Source: an archaeon (lineage in GTDB: Archaea > Iainarchaeota > Iainarchaeia > Iainarchaeales > JANQMZ01). From it: DNA of 32,000 nt. Numbering within the stretch: the first letter of the stretch is position 1; each line of letters begins with the position of its first letter. The notes under the pieces are model-generated. The model worked only from the letters and a program-made list of their open reading frames with translations. It had not been told where the DNA came from and made no database searches. The stretch lies in assembly GCA_028279805.1 (NCBI GenBank), contig JANQMZ010000007.1, positions 180,001-212,000 on the forward strand, given 5' to 3'. A program made the position numbers and the translations under genes. Below, piece after piece: positions 1 to 10,100 of this stretch.

Positions 1-1
1 C

Positions 2-1192
2 ATTGTTGGTGATGTTTTAACTGTTACCAATACTGTGCTGAATGGAGAAGACTTGGATGGAGTTAGTGCTTTGTTTGGCGGAATAGGAATTGACGTTAAT
101 CCAAACAAAGGCGATGTAACTGTTTCAATTGCTGATGTTGTTGCTTTGCTGTCCGGGAGAAGCGGCGGACAAACCTTAAGCGGGGGAATTAATGCTGGTG
201 AAAACCTGAATCTGGAAAGCACCAGTGATTCAACAAAAGGCCTGATTAATTTGTTGGATGATGTGAGGGTTGATTGTTCTGGTGATGCAAACGTTGCCGA
301 TTTGACTGCTTGCGGAACTTTGCGATGGGAATCAGCTCAGAGTGGTTTGATAGTTTCTCCTGTTCTTGAAGGTGCTGGCAAACCGGGAATAATCACTTAT
401 TTGGATAATGAATTGTATTTGGGAGCAAATTCTGCAACCGGTTTAATCATTAATGAGTTTAATGATGTTATTGTTGGCAGTGCAACTCCTTTAACCGGTT
501 CAAAGCTTAATGTTATTGATAATTTGTCAAATAAAATTGCTTTAAAATTAGCCAAAGACATTTCAAATGCTGTTGTTCCTGTTGTTCAAATCAGGCAGGA
601 TAACCCGAATGCCGGTTCAAATGTTTTGAATTTGGTGCAAAATGATTCAGATGAATCCTTTATGAAATTCACTGGTTCAAAAGGAAATGTTTTGTCAATT
701 GATTCTAATTTGGATAAAAAAATAACTTACATGCTTAAAACGGAAATGGAGTCCGGTGTAAGTGAAAATGTTTTTGTTCCTGTTTTTGTTGATGCTGCTG
801 ATTCAAAAAATGTTACTGGTTTTAGTAATGCAACCGGAAACTTTTCAACTGTTTCAACTCAATTTGTTGATGTAACCAATCCGGCTGATTTTAATATTAC
901 TTTGACAAAGAAAAGCACTGTTATTTTGACTGCAATGATTCCTCACACCAATACTGTAACCAATTCCTTTAATCGTTTCAGATGGGTTTTTGGAAATAAT
1001 ACTTCTTCAAGCATGTCTCAAAAAATGCATGGTGCTGTTTATACAACCAGAGTTCCCGGAATTTTTAAAAATGTTGAACCGGGAACTTATAATGTAAAAC
1101 TGCAAATGGAAGTAAGTGCAGGAACGGGAATAATTGGTTACACTCCTGGCAATTCTGTTGCTCAATTGATTGCAGTAAGCTATGAGGAATAA
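2..1192 (+). CDS. Hypothetical secreted/surface protein, C-terminal part (5' end outside window)
   Basis: The frame is open from base 2 (IVGDVLTVTNTV... with no stop before the GTG at 35), so the track start is an edge artefact. The sequence is N/S/T/G/V-rich and ends in a beta-rich block of about 110 aa (NITLTKKSTVILTAMI...VAQLIAVSYEE). No family recognised. Confidence 0.6.
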   Translation: MVGDVLTVTNTVLNGEDLDGVSALFGGIGIDVNPNKGDVTVSIADVVALLSGRSGGQTLSGGINAGENLNLESTSDSTKGLINLLDDVRVDCSGDANVADLTACGTLRWESAQSGLIVSPVLEGAGKPGIITYLDNELYLGANSATGLIINEFNDVIVGSATPLTGSKLNVIDNLSNKIALKLAKDISNAVVPVVQIRQDNPNAGSNVLNLVQNDSDESFMKFTGSKGNVLSIDSNLDKKITYMLKTEMESGVSENVFVPVFVDAADSKNVTGFSNATGNFSTVSTQFVDVTNPADFNITLTKKSTVILTAMIPHTNTVTNSFNRFRWVFGNNTSSSMSQKMHGAVYTTRVPGIFKNVEPGTYNVKLQMEVSAGTGIIGYTPGNSVAQLIAVSYEE

Positions 1193-1258
1193 TAAACTTG
1201 TTTGGTTTTAACCGAACAAAATACTATTATTTAAAAACTTCAAAAACAGGGTTTTAGT

Positions 1259-1693
1259 ATGAAGAGAGTTTTGTTAATCTTAGGTTTGATTATTTTAGTT
1301 GGCTTTGTTTATGGAGCAGAAATGATTCGAGATACTGGAGAAAACGATTTGAGTCCTTATTACCGTGTTTCCGGAAGCCCTTATCTTCGCCTTCCAGAAA
1401 GCATGAAAAACTGGCCTGCTGTTTCATTACCTGAACTTGAAGAGCTTCCAGAAGAAAGTGATCCTGGAGAAGTTGTTGAATACAATGCGCTAACTAAAAA
1501 AGTTGTTAGATATCCTATAAAAGAAAATTTGTCAAATAATAATTCTAATTCCTCTTCATATCTTGGTTTGTTGTCTTTAGCTTTTCGGGAGAATCAACAA
1601 CTAATCGCTTCTGAAATTTTGTTTTCGTCATTTGTTTTTGCTGGTACTTTGGGTGTGGTAATATTTTTTGGAAAAAGTTTTTGGTTGCTTTAG
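1259..1693 (+). CDS. Hypothetical small secreted protein with C-terminal membrane anchor
   Basis: N-terminal signal-like segment MKRVLLILGLIILVGFVYGA, an acidic middle (PELEELPEESDPGE) and a hydrophobic C-terminus (ILFSSFVFAGTLGVVIFFG). It lies 66 nt downstream of the surface-protein gene on the same strand. Confidence 0.5.
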   Translation: MKRVLLILGLIILVGFVYGAEMIRDTGENDLSPYYRVSGSPYLRLPESMKNWPAVSLPELEELPEESDPGEVVEYNALTKKVVRYPIKENLSNNNSNSSSYLGLLSLAFRENQQLIASEILFSSFVFAGTLGVVIFFGKSFWLL

Positions 1694-1845
1694 GTTTCTG
1701 GCTTGTTTTGTTTTTTTCTTGGCATTAATATTTTTTGAAAGCATTGGTCACTACATAATATCTTTATAAAATTGACTGAATTCTTTAACAATAACCTTAA
1801 CTGAATGTTTTTCTTTAACACTTCTGAGTGATTTTTTTTATAAAG

Positions 1846-2982
1846 TTATTCAACCCTTAATGCTTCAACTGGGTCCATTTTTGAAGCCATGTAAGCTGGG
1901 TATAATCCTGCGAATAATCCGATTGAAACTGAAAACAAGAATACTTGGATTAATAATATTTCTGAAATGAAAACTTTTAAGCCGGATAAAAAAGAAATGT
2001 ATAAAGATAATCCGACACCTAAAATTATTCCGATTAACCCTCCAAATATTCCTAAAATTATTGATTCAAATAAAACCATTTTCATAACATTTTCATTGGT
2101 CCAACCGCCCGCTTTTAAAGAACCAATTTCTTTAAAACGTTCAAGAACACTCATTAGCATTGTGTTAACAATTCCGATTCCGGCAACTATGGCTGAAATT
2201 CCTGCAACAGCAACAACTAAAAGCCTGAACCCGTCCAAAATTATTGCAAAGTCCTGTGAAAATCCTGAGGCTGGTGTTGCTTCCAAGTCATTTTTAAACC
2301 TTAAATTGATTAATTCTGCAATTTTTTTTTCCTGGGAAGGGTCATCAACTTCAACAGAAAACTGCCCTGTTTTGTTTTTTGAAAAATTTAACACATCACG
2401 AGAATCATTTAAAGTCATTAAAACAGAGGAATTAAGCAAAGCAGAGCCTGTTTTGTAAACGCCGACAATTCTGAAAGTTTCACCATTAACTTTAACTTTG
2501 TTGTTTAAAAACTTGTTATAAATATCCATAAAATCTTCTCCCACAACCACAACGCCGGAATCAGTTGCTTTCAAAGAACGCCCCTGAATAATTTCACCGC
2601 CAACTCCAGCAGCCGTTTCAAAAGAACCTTTGCTATAATCAGAACCGATTATTCTAACCGTTGCTGTTCCAAACTGAACAGGTTCACCGTCAACAGTTTG
2701 CGCTATTTGAAAAATTGTTCCGATTGCTTTTTTTACGCCCTGAACAGATTCAAGTTTTTGTTCAAAAGACATGTCAATTTCAGAAAATAACGGGCCGGCT
2801 GCCCCTTTTTGCAAAACCCTTATGCCTTGCACCTGGGAAACCGCGTTTTGCAGATCCCTGAACTGCCCGTCAGCCAGTGAAACCATTACAATTATTACCA
2901 TTACCCCAATAACAATTGCAAGCAAAGAAATAATTGTACGGGTTTTTCTGCGAAACAAATTGGAATAAGAAAGCTTAATCAT
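1846..2982 (-). CDS. ABC transporter permease, FtsX/MacB type
   Basis: N-terminal TM (RTIISLLAIVIGVMVIIVMV), a large extracytoplasmic domain, then a C-terminal FtsX-like 3-TM bundle (ERFKEIGSLKAGGW...PAYMASKMDPVEALR). Its start overlaps the ATPase stop by 4 nt. Confidence 0.85.
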   Translation of the reverse strand: MIKLSYSNLFRRKTRTIISLLAIVIGVMVIIVMVSLADGQFRDLQNAVSQVQGIRVLQKGAAGPLFSEIDMSFEQKLESVQGVKKAIGTIFQIAQTVDGEPVQFGTATVRIIGSDYSKGSFETAAGVGGEIIQGRSLKATDSGVVVVGEDFMDIYNKFLNNKVKVNGETFRIVGVYKTGSALLNSSVLMTLNDSRDVLNFSKNKTGQFSVEVDDPSQEKKIAELINLRFKNDLEATPASGFSQDFAIILDGFRLLVVAVAGISAIVAGIGIVNTMLMSVLERFKEIGSLKAGGWTNENVMKMVLFESIILGIFGGLIGIILGVGLSLYISFLSGLKVFISEILLIQVFLFSVSIGLFAGLYPAYMASKMDPVEALRVE

Positions 2983-3707
2983 TTTGTTCTTTTCTCCGTG
3001 AATTTTCTCACACGATGATTTCTATCAATTTTGCTTAACTCACCGTCTTTCATTATAAATTTTTTTGAAGCAATTTTTAACAAATCCTGATTATGCGTAA
3101 CAATTACAAAAGTTTTTTTTTCTTCCTTGTTTAAATTTAGCATCAAATTAATTATTTTATCACCGGTTAAAGAGTCAAGGTTTCCAGTTGGTTCATCTGC
3201 AAAAACAATTTCAGGGTCATTAATCAAAGCACGGGCTATGGCTACACGCTGTCTTTCCCCTCCGCTTAATTCTGACGGTTTATGATGCATTCTTTCCTTT
3301 AAACCAACCAAATCCAGCAAATTTTCTCCGCGTTCCCTGTAATCTTCCTGTTCACCGTCCAACGGTTCAGTCGGAATTAACACGTTTTCCAAAGCATTCA
3401 AAGTGGGAATCAAATTAAAAGTTTGAAAAATAAAGCCAATTTTTTTTCTTCTAATCATGGCTAACTCCCATTCATCCAGTTTGGAAATTTTTTTACCGTC
3501 AATCAAAACTTCTCCTTCTGAAGGTTTGTCTAAGGCGCCTAAAATGTGCATTAGCGTACTTTTTCCCGAACCGGAAGGGCCGACTATTACAATAAAATCT
3601 CCTTTTTCAATTTGAGAAGAAACTCCTCGCAAAGCATGAACTGTTGTCATTCCAAGCTTGTAAACTTTTGTAACTTTTTTTGATTCAATTAAAGTCATTT
3701 TAACCAC
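2979..3707 (-). CDS. ABC transporter ATP-binding protein (MacB/LolD-like)
   Basis: Walker [11 protein letters not shown]-loop region, ABC signature [15 protein letters not shown], Walker [13 protein letters not shown] and H-loop VTHN. Confidence 0.95.
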   Translation of the reverse strand: MVKMTLIESKKVTKVYKLGMTTVHALRGVSSQIEKGDFIVIVGPSGSGKSTLMHILGALDKPSEGEVLIDGKKISKLDEWELAMIRRKKIGFIFQTFNLIPTLNALENVLIPTEPLDGEQEDYRERGENLLDLVGLKERMHHKPSELSGGERQRVAIARALINDPEIVFADEPTGNLDSLTGDKIINLMLNLNKEEKKTFVIVTHNQDLLKIASKKFIMKDGELSKIDRNHRVRKFTEKRTK

Positions 3708-4851
3708 TCCGAATTGCTTCCACGGGATTCAACTGTGAAGCTTTTATTGCAGGATAAATTCCTGATATTAATCCAACAAACAATGCAAATAAAAATGCCT
3801 GTAACAATAATTCAACGCTTACAAAAGTTCCAATTCCAATAGCATTTTCCAGGAATCCTGCAGCGCCTATCCCAATAACAATTCCTATTATTCCTCCAAT
3901 AATTCCCAAAAACATTGCTTCATACATTATCATTTTAATTATTTGAGTATTATTCCAGCCAACAGCTTTTAAGGAACCGATTTCTTTTGTTCTGTCCAGA
4001 ACGCTCATAAAAATTGTGTTGGCAATCCCGACTCCCGCCACAATTGCAGATAATGCTGCTATGAAAAAAACCATTACACGCAGGTTATCCATAATTGGGG
4101 AATATTGTTCTGAAAAGCCTGAAGCGGATGATGCTTCAATTTCTGTTCCGTGTTGAAAATTTATTAATTTTGAAACTTTTTTATCCTGGGTCGGATCATC
4201 TAATTCAATATAAAAATCTGAAAAAAATTCATCGCCAAAATCTGAAATTTCTTTTGCATCATCTATGTTCATTAAAGCCATTGTTTCCCATAAATCTGTT
4301 CCGGCCTGAAAAATTCCTTTTATTCTGAATTTTTTTCCGTTAATTTTAATGCTTGAACCTACAAACAAATCTTTGTCATCAGCAGCGGTTTCACCTAAAA
4401 GAATCCATCCCTTGTCATTTGAGGTTATTTTTTTTCCTTTTATAATGTTTCCAACCCAGCCATCGCCTCTTAAAGAATTGTATTTTTTTGTGTCAACACC
4501 TAAAACATATATTGCCCCGAACAAGTCAACATTGTCCGCACCAAACTGTGCTTTTCCATTAACGGTTGTGGGGATGTGCCATATTTCGGGTACAACCGTT
4601 TTAACTCCCTGAATTTTTTCAAGTTTTTTTTCAAATTTTACATCAATTTTGGATAAAGTCTGGTCAAAAGAATTTTTTTCCATTATAATAACGCCTTGAA
4701 ATTGTCCCAAAGCGTTTTCAAATTCTTTGTTTAAGCCGTCAACAACTGAAACTAAGCCTATTATAGCTGTAACTCCGATAATTATGCCAAGCAATGCCAG
4801 AATTGTTCTTGTTTTGCGCCGGAACAGATTAAAAAATGATAATTTTAACAT
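3700..4851 (-). CDS. ABC transporter permease, FtsX/MacB type (paralog of 1846-2982)
   Basis: Same architecture as 1846-2982 and clearly alignable to it (MLKLSFFNLFRRKTRTI vs [17 protein letters not shown]; DRTKEIGSLKAVGW vs ERFKEIGSLKAGGW; PVEAIR vs PVEALR). It overlaps the ATPase start by 8 nt. Confidence 0.85.
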   Translation of the reverse strand: MLKLSFFNLFRRKTRTILALLGIIIGVTAIIGLVSVVDGLNKEFENALGQFQGVIIMEKNSFDQTLSKIDVKFEKKLEKIQGVKTVVPEIWHIPTTVNGKAQFGADNVDLFGAIYVLGVDTKKYNSLRGDGWVGNIIKGKKITSNDKGWILLGETAADDKDLFVGSSIKINGKKFRIKGIFQAGTDLWETMALMNIDDAKEISDFGDEFFSDFYIELDDPTQDKKVSKLINFQHGTEIEASSASGFSEQYSPIMDNLRVMVFFIAALSAIVAGVGIANTIFMSVLDRTKEIGSLKAVGWNNTQIIKMIMYEAMFLGIIGGIIGIVIGIGAAGFLENAIGIGTFVSVELLLQAFLFALFVGLISGIYPAIKASQLNPVEAIRSG

Positions 4852-4860
4852 AAATATTAA

Positions 4861-6093
4861 TTATTGTTCTTTCTTTTTTCTTGAATCAATAAATCTGAAA
4901 ATATTTTTATAAGTAAAATTTAAAACGATTGCAAGAATTATCAGCAAAATAACTGGAGTAAAAGGAAATTCAATCGGGCGTGCATGAACAAATAATTTAT
5001 AAGTTTGTTCAACTGATTCTTTTTCATTTGATTCATTAATAAAGGAAATTTTTATGGTTAAATCATTTTCACCTAATTGTAGTCCTTGTCCTGAAGCAAT
5101 CAAGTCAAATATTGCGGCACCTGAATCATCTGTTTCAATATTCCCAATATAACTTGTTTTGGCGCCAAGCAAAACATCGTTATCCAAAACGGAAACTTCA
5201 ACTGCTTTTGCATCTTCTTCTCCAATATTGTCAATCTGAATTGAAAAAGCAAACGCTGAGCCCAGCATTATTGTTTTTTCCAAGGATTCTGGAACATTTT
5301 CAACGGAAAAATCAATTCCTGAAACTATTAAGTCAGGTTTTCCCAGAACATCTAATGTGATTTTTTCAATCGTAGGATCTCCACAATCTAAACACGTTGC
5401 ATTAACATCAAAAGAAAATAATCCCGGTGTAATTTTGTTGGCTGGTTTTAAAACAAAAGTAGTTCTTTTTGTTTCACCAATTTCAATATTGCCAACAGTT
5501 TGATCGGTTGCGCTTAACAAAACAAAATCTGAAAATTCTTGCTGTCCTGATTGTGATAATTTTACTGAAACATTTCTTGCTTCCCTTGAACCAATGTTTT
5601 TAACTCTTGTAACAATTTCAACTTCTTCTCCTATGTGAGGAGACGGATCTGTTGATGATAAAAAAACTTCTAAGTCATAAGAATCTGAAACTTTAACGCT
5701 TACGGTTTCAGTTGAATAAACTGTTCTTCCTTTTTCATCATATTCTAATGCCAAAGGAATTGAATAAGTTCCGCCTAAAATGCCTTCATTTGAACTAAAC
5801 TTGTAAGTGTAAGTTTTTTTCTGGTCTGTTCCAATAAAAGGATCTTCTTTTGTTAAATTTTCACCTGAAAAATTTTCACCCAATACAAGGTTGATTTTAA
5901 CATCGGTTAAGGCAAGGCTTTTGCTTCTGTTATGCAGGGTTACCGCTAAAACGATTTCATCACCGGGCCTGACGGTTTCAGGCGTCTGAGTTGTTGAATT
6001 AACTCTTAAAGGAAGTCCTTGTGAAGCTGCTGCTGCTCCAAAAACATTTACAGCCAAAAACAGCAAAACAATTAAAACAAATATTTTTTTCAT
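4861..6093 (-). CDS. Secreted surface protein with repeated CARDB/COG1361-like beta-sandwich modules and C-terminal TM anchor
   Basis: Signal peptide MKKIFVLIVLLFLAVNVFGAAAAS. Three segments carry the pattern G-x-x-V-x-(I/V)-x-V-x-N-x-G-x-x-x-A-x-x-V (e.g. GEEVEIVTRVKNIGSREARNVSV, FAFSIQIDNIGEEDAKAVEVSV). C-terminal TM VILLIILAIVLNF followed by a basic tail. It ends 9 nt upstream of the ABC genes on the same strand. Confidence 0.65.
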   Translation of the reverse strand: MKKIFVLIVLLFLAVNVFGAAAASQGLPLRVNSTTQTPETVRPGDEIVLAVTLHNRSKSLALTDVKINLVLGENFSGENLTKEDPFIGTDQKKTYTYKFSSNEGILGGTYSIPLALEYDEKGRTVYSTETVSVKVSDSYDLEVFLSSTDPSPHIGEEVEIVTRVKNIGSREARNVSVKLSQSGQQEFSDFVLLSATDQTVGNIEIGETKRTTFVLKPANKITPGLFSFDVNATCLDCGDPTIEKITLDVLGKPDLIVSGIDFSVENVPESLEKTIMLGSAFAFSIQIDNIGEEDAKAVEVSVLDNDVLLGAKTSYIGNIETDDSGAAIFDLIASGQGLQLGENDLTIKISFINESNEKESVEQTYKLFVHARPIEFPFTPVILLIILAIVLNFTYKNIFRFIDSRKKKEQ

Positions 6094-6208
6094 TAAAGCA
6101 CACCAAACACTAAAATTCTCATTTATTTATTTGGAAAAAGTATTTAAAGGCTTTTTATAACCGGAAAAAGATTAAAAACAACAAAAGACTTATTTTTCAT
6201 GATTTAAA

Positions 6209-6523
6209 ATGGCTGCAGGACATTCTGGGAGAGGAGGACCAATTCGTGCGGGAATGCATCCCAAAAGGCAAGCAAGGCTTGAAAAAATTAGGAGAACTGC
6301 AAAAAATTTGGAAACAGATTTAAGAGAAGCAATTCAATCAAGCAATCCTGAAAGCGTTGTCAGAATGACGGATAAAATAATTGAATTTGCCGGCGGACCG
6401 GAAGAAAGAACGGAAATAAAAAACAATGAAGGATTAAAACAAGGATTAAATGAAGTAATAGAATTATTATCAGCGATTGAACAGGAAGAAAAAGCAAACC
6501 AAATTCAACAACTAATTAAATAG
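6209..6523 (+). CDS. Hypothetical small protein with basic Gly-rich N-terminus
   Basis: A 104-codon ORF in an otherwise unassigned gap, with a helical E/K/Q-rich body. No family recognised. M16 (6254) is an alternative start. Confidence 0.4.
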   Translation: MAAGHSGRGGPIRAGMHPKRQARLEKIRRTAKNLETDLREAIQSSNPESVVRMTDKIIEFAGGPEERTEIKNNEGLKQGLNEVIELLSAIEQEEKANQIQQLIK

Positions 6524-6525
6524 AG

Positions 6526-6609
6526 TGCAGGAGGGAGGATTCGAACCTCCGAAGGCACTAAGCCACGAGATCTTGAGTCTCGCTCCTTTGACCGCTCGGA
6601 TACTCCTGC
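6526..6609 (-). tRNA. tRNA-Leu (anticodon CAA)
   Basis: Reverse complement reads GCAGGAG-TA-...-CGAGA-CTCAAGA-TCTCG-(long variable arm GGCTTAGTGCC)-GGAGG-TTCGAAT-CCTCC-CTCCTGC-A. The cloverleaf folds by hand. No encoded CCA. Confidence 0.9.
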
Positions 6610-6668
6610 AATTATGATTAAGATTGTTATATTAAAATAAAAGAAAAAGAATAAAAAGAAAAAAGAGT

Positions 6669-7073
6669 TTACTGCCAAAATTCCAATAAGTCGCCTGTTT
6701 TTAATCCGATTAAATTTTTGTCAACGTAAATTGTTCCCCTTTCTCCTGAGTTTAAAAGTTTAACCGGCAAGCCTTTTACTTCAATTTGTTTTAATGAAAA
6801 ATTTTTGCCCTGCAATTCTGATTTCATTTTTTTTTCAAGCCTGCCTCTTTCAACTTTTCCTGTTAAAACAAAATCTTTCCCGACATCATACAAACCGGTT
6901 ACCCTAAAAGAACCGATTGTTTTGCCCGGAATTATTTCAGTTCTTTTTTCAAGTTCAATAGCTTTCCTTGTTTCCCGGTTAACCTCTTCCTGTTTTTCAC
7001 GAATATGTTCCGGAATACAGACCCCAAGCTCATGTTTTTTTTCAGTTTTAAGCAAAGTTTCCAAAAGACTCAT
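6669..7073 (-). CDS. Hypothetical protein with EF-Tu domain-II-like beta-barrel
   Basis: The C-terminal ~85 aa match the translation-factor domain II pattern (FRVTGLYDVGKDFVLTGKVERGRLEKKMK...IEVKGLPVKLLNSGERGTIYV...GDLL). It starts 46 nt downstream of carB on the same strand, with GGGGAT 4-5 nt before the ATG. Confidence 0.5.
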   Translation of the reverse strand: MSLLETLLKTEKKHELGVCIPEHIREKQEEVNRETRKAIELEKRTEIIPGKTIGSFRVTGLYDVGKDFVLTGKVERGRLEKKMKSELQGKNFSLKQIEVKGLPVKLLNSGERGTIYVDKNLIGLKTGDLLEFWQ

Positions 7074-7119
7074 TTTATCCCCAAGCTTACTATACTTGTA
7101 TTGAAAAATAATAAAAAGA

Positions 7120-10100
7120 TTAGCCCTTGTTTTTCAGATAATGATCCCAGGGCATTATTTCCAAATCTTCAAGAGAACGGTTGTTTAAAGCACTTACAAT
7201 GGTTTGAGCCAATTGCAGGTTTGTTATTAAAGGAACACCAAAGTCAACAGCTTTTCTTCTGATTAAATATTCGTCTTTTAATTCTTTTTTTGACAAATGG
7301 TCGGATAAAACTATGGCTAACTCAAGCCGGCCGTCACTCAAATAATTTGAAACATTTGGCTGTTTTTCTTCATGCGCCTTAAAAATAAGTTTGCTTTTGA
7401 TTCCCTGTTCTGTTAAAAATTCATGAGTTGATTCGGTTGCAAATAATTTAAAACCCATTTTTTGCAGTAAAATTATTTCATCCAAAAAATCATACCTTGT
7501 TTCATCTCCTGAAATTGAAATTAAAACATTGCCATTTTTTTGAGGCAACTTAAATCCCGCACTTATCAGACTTTTAAGCAGAGCATCATCTAAGTCTTTT
7601 CCCAAACAAGCCACTTCACCGGTGGAAGCCATTTCAACACTTAAAATTGGATCCGCTCCTTTCAGTCTTGAAAAAGAAAACTGCGGAGCTTTAACTCCAA
7701 CATAATCCAATTCCAGACTGCTTTTTTCAGGTTTTTTAAATTTATGATTGGTTATTGCTTTAATTGCATATTCAATAAAATTTTGTCCGAACACTTTACT
7801 TACAAAAGGAAAGCTTCTTGAAGAACGCAGATTGCATTCAATTACTTTGACTTCATTTCTTTTGGCAATCATTTGCACATTAAACGGGCCTGTAATATTC
7901 AAAGCTTTTGCCAGTTGTGTTGCAATTTGCTTCACTCTTCTCATTGTTTCAATATAAGTTCTTTGAGCAGGCAGAACAAGAGTAGCATCACCTGAGTGTA
8001 CGCCGGCATTTTCAACATGTTCGGAGATTGCCCATAAAACTAAATCCCCATTGTTTGCAACCGCATCAATTTCAATTTCTTTTGCACCAATAATAAATTT
8101 TGAAATAATTACAGGATAATCTCTTGAAATTTCAACAGCTTCATTCAAAAATTGTTTCAATTCTTTTTCATTAAAAGCAACATTCATTGCCGCGCCTGAT
8201 AAAACATAGGAAGGACGGACAAGGACAGGGTAACCTGCTTTTTCTGCAAATTTTAAGGCATCTTTTGTTGCTTTTAATTCAGCCCATTCAGGCTGGTCAA
8301 TTCCAAGAGAATCACATAAAGCTGAAAACTTGTTCCTGTTCTCAGCATTGTCAATGCTTTCAGGGCTTGTTCCCAGAACATTGATGCCGTATTCACGGCA
8401 TTTCATGGCAATATTATTGGGAATCTGGCCTCCTGTTGACAAAATCAATCCGAAAGGATTTTCCTTTTCATAAATATCCAGAACACGTTCAAAAGATAAT
8501 TCTTCAAAGTATAACCTGTCGCATTCATCATAATCCGTTGAAACAGTTTCAGGATTAAAATTAATCATGCTTGCATAAAAACCAAGTTTTTGCAGTGTTT
8601 TAATTGCATTAACACCGCACCAGTCAAATTCAACACTTGAACCTATTCTGTAAGGTCCTGAACCCAAAACAATTACATGATTTTTTTTATTAAAAGAAAT
8701 GTCATCATTGTTTTCAGAATAAGTTAAATACAAATAATTTGTCTGAGCAGGATATTCTGCTGCCAAGGTATCAATTTGTTTAACAACCGGAATAACTTTG
8801 AATTTTTTTCTTTTTTTACGCACTTTTTTTTCGGAACATTTTAAATTTAAGGAAATTTGTTCATCTGAAAAGCCAAGTTGTTTTGCTTTTAACATTTGTT
8901 CTTTTGAAATTTTTTTAATGCTTGTTTTTAACAAAACTTTTTCAAAATCAACAATTTTTTTCATCTTATGCAAAAACCATTGATTTATTCCTGAAAGCTT
9001 ATGAATTTTTTCAAAATCCATTCCTTTTCTCATTGCTTTTTCAATTGCAAAAATTCTTTTATCAGTCGGCTGTTTTAATTCTTTTTCCAAAGAATTCAGA
9101 GATTTGATTCTGTGCCATGTTAACCCCGGCACGCCAATGTCAAGCATTCTTAAAGCTTTTTGCAAAGCTTCTTCAAAAGTTCTGCCGATTGACATGACCT
9201 CCCCGACACTTTTCATTTCAGAGCCAAGGCTTTTGGACACTTTTTTAAATTTTTGCAAGTCCCATCTTGGAATTTTTAAAACACAATAATCCAATGCTGG
9301 TTCAAAGCATGCTGTTGTTTTTTTGGTGACAGAGTTTGGCAGGTCAATAAGGCTTTTGCCCAGCGCAAGTTTTGTTGCAATAAAAGCCAGAGGATAACCT
9401 GTTGCTTTTGAAGCCAGAGCAGATGATCTGCTTAACCGGGCATTAACCTCTATAACCTTAAAATCATGCGATTTTGGGTCCAAAGCATACTGTACATTGC
9501 ACTCCCCTACAATTCCCAGGTGCCTGATAATTTTAATGCTTGCTTCCCTGAGAGAATGATATTCTTCATTTGTCAAAGTCTGGCTTGGGGCAATAACAAT
9601 GCTTTCCCCTGTGTGAATTCCCATCGGGTCAAAGTTTTCCATATTGCAAACAGTAATGCAGTTGTCCTGTGAATCACGCATAACTTCATATTCAATTTCT
9701 TTCCATCCGCCCAGATATTCTTCAACCAAAACCTGGGGAGAATGTGCAAAAACTTTGTCAATAATTTCATTAAATTGTTTTTCTGAATTTGCTTTTCCCG
9801 AACCCTGCCCGCCCAAAGCATAAGCTGCTCGAACAATAACCGGAAAGCCGATTTTTTTTAAAGCATTCAAAGCTTCTTTTTTATTATTGCATGCAATGCT
9901 TTTGGGCACGCTTACATTTATTTCCGCAAGTTTTTTGTTAAACAGTTCACGATCTTCTGTTTCCATTATTGCTTTGACCGGCGTACCCAAAACTTTTACA
10001 TTATGTTTTTTTAAAATTCCTTTTTTAAACAATTCAACTCCGCAGTTTAAAGCGGTTTGTCCCCCGAATGCCAGCAAAATTCCTTCAGGTTTTTCTTTTT

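Noticed and set aside
2-1192. Diversity-generating retroelement target (variable C-terminal domain) hypothesis for the surface protein
   Set aside because: There is no reverse transcriptase in the window. I found no second near-identical copy (template repeat) of the 3' coding region anywhere in the 32 kb.
1967-2458. 163-aa plus-strand ORF inside the permease gene, and similar ORFs at 14302-14817, 14531-14971, 17367-17681, 18129-18533 and 24404-24775
   Set aside because: Each is fully nested antisense to a confidently identified gene, shows no recognisable motif and has no independent start signal.
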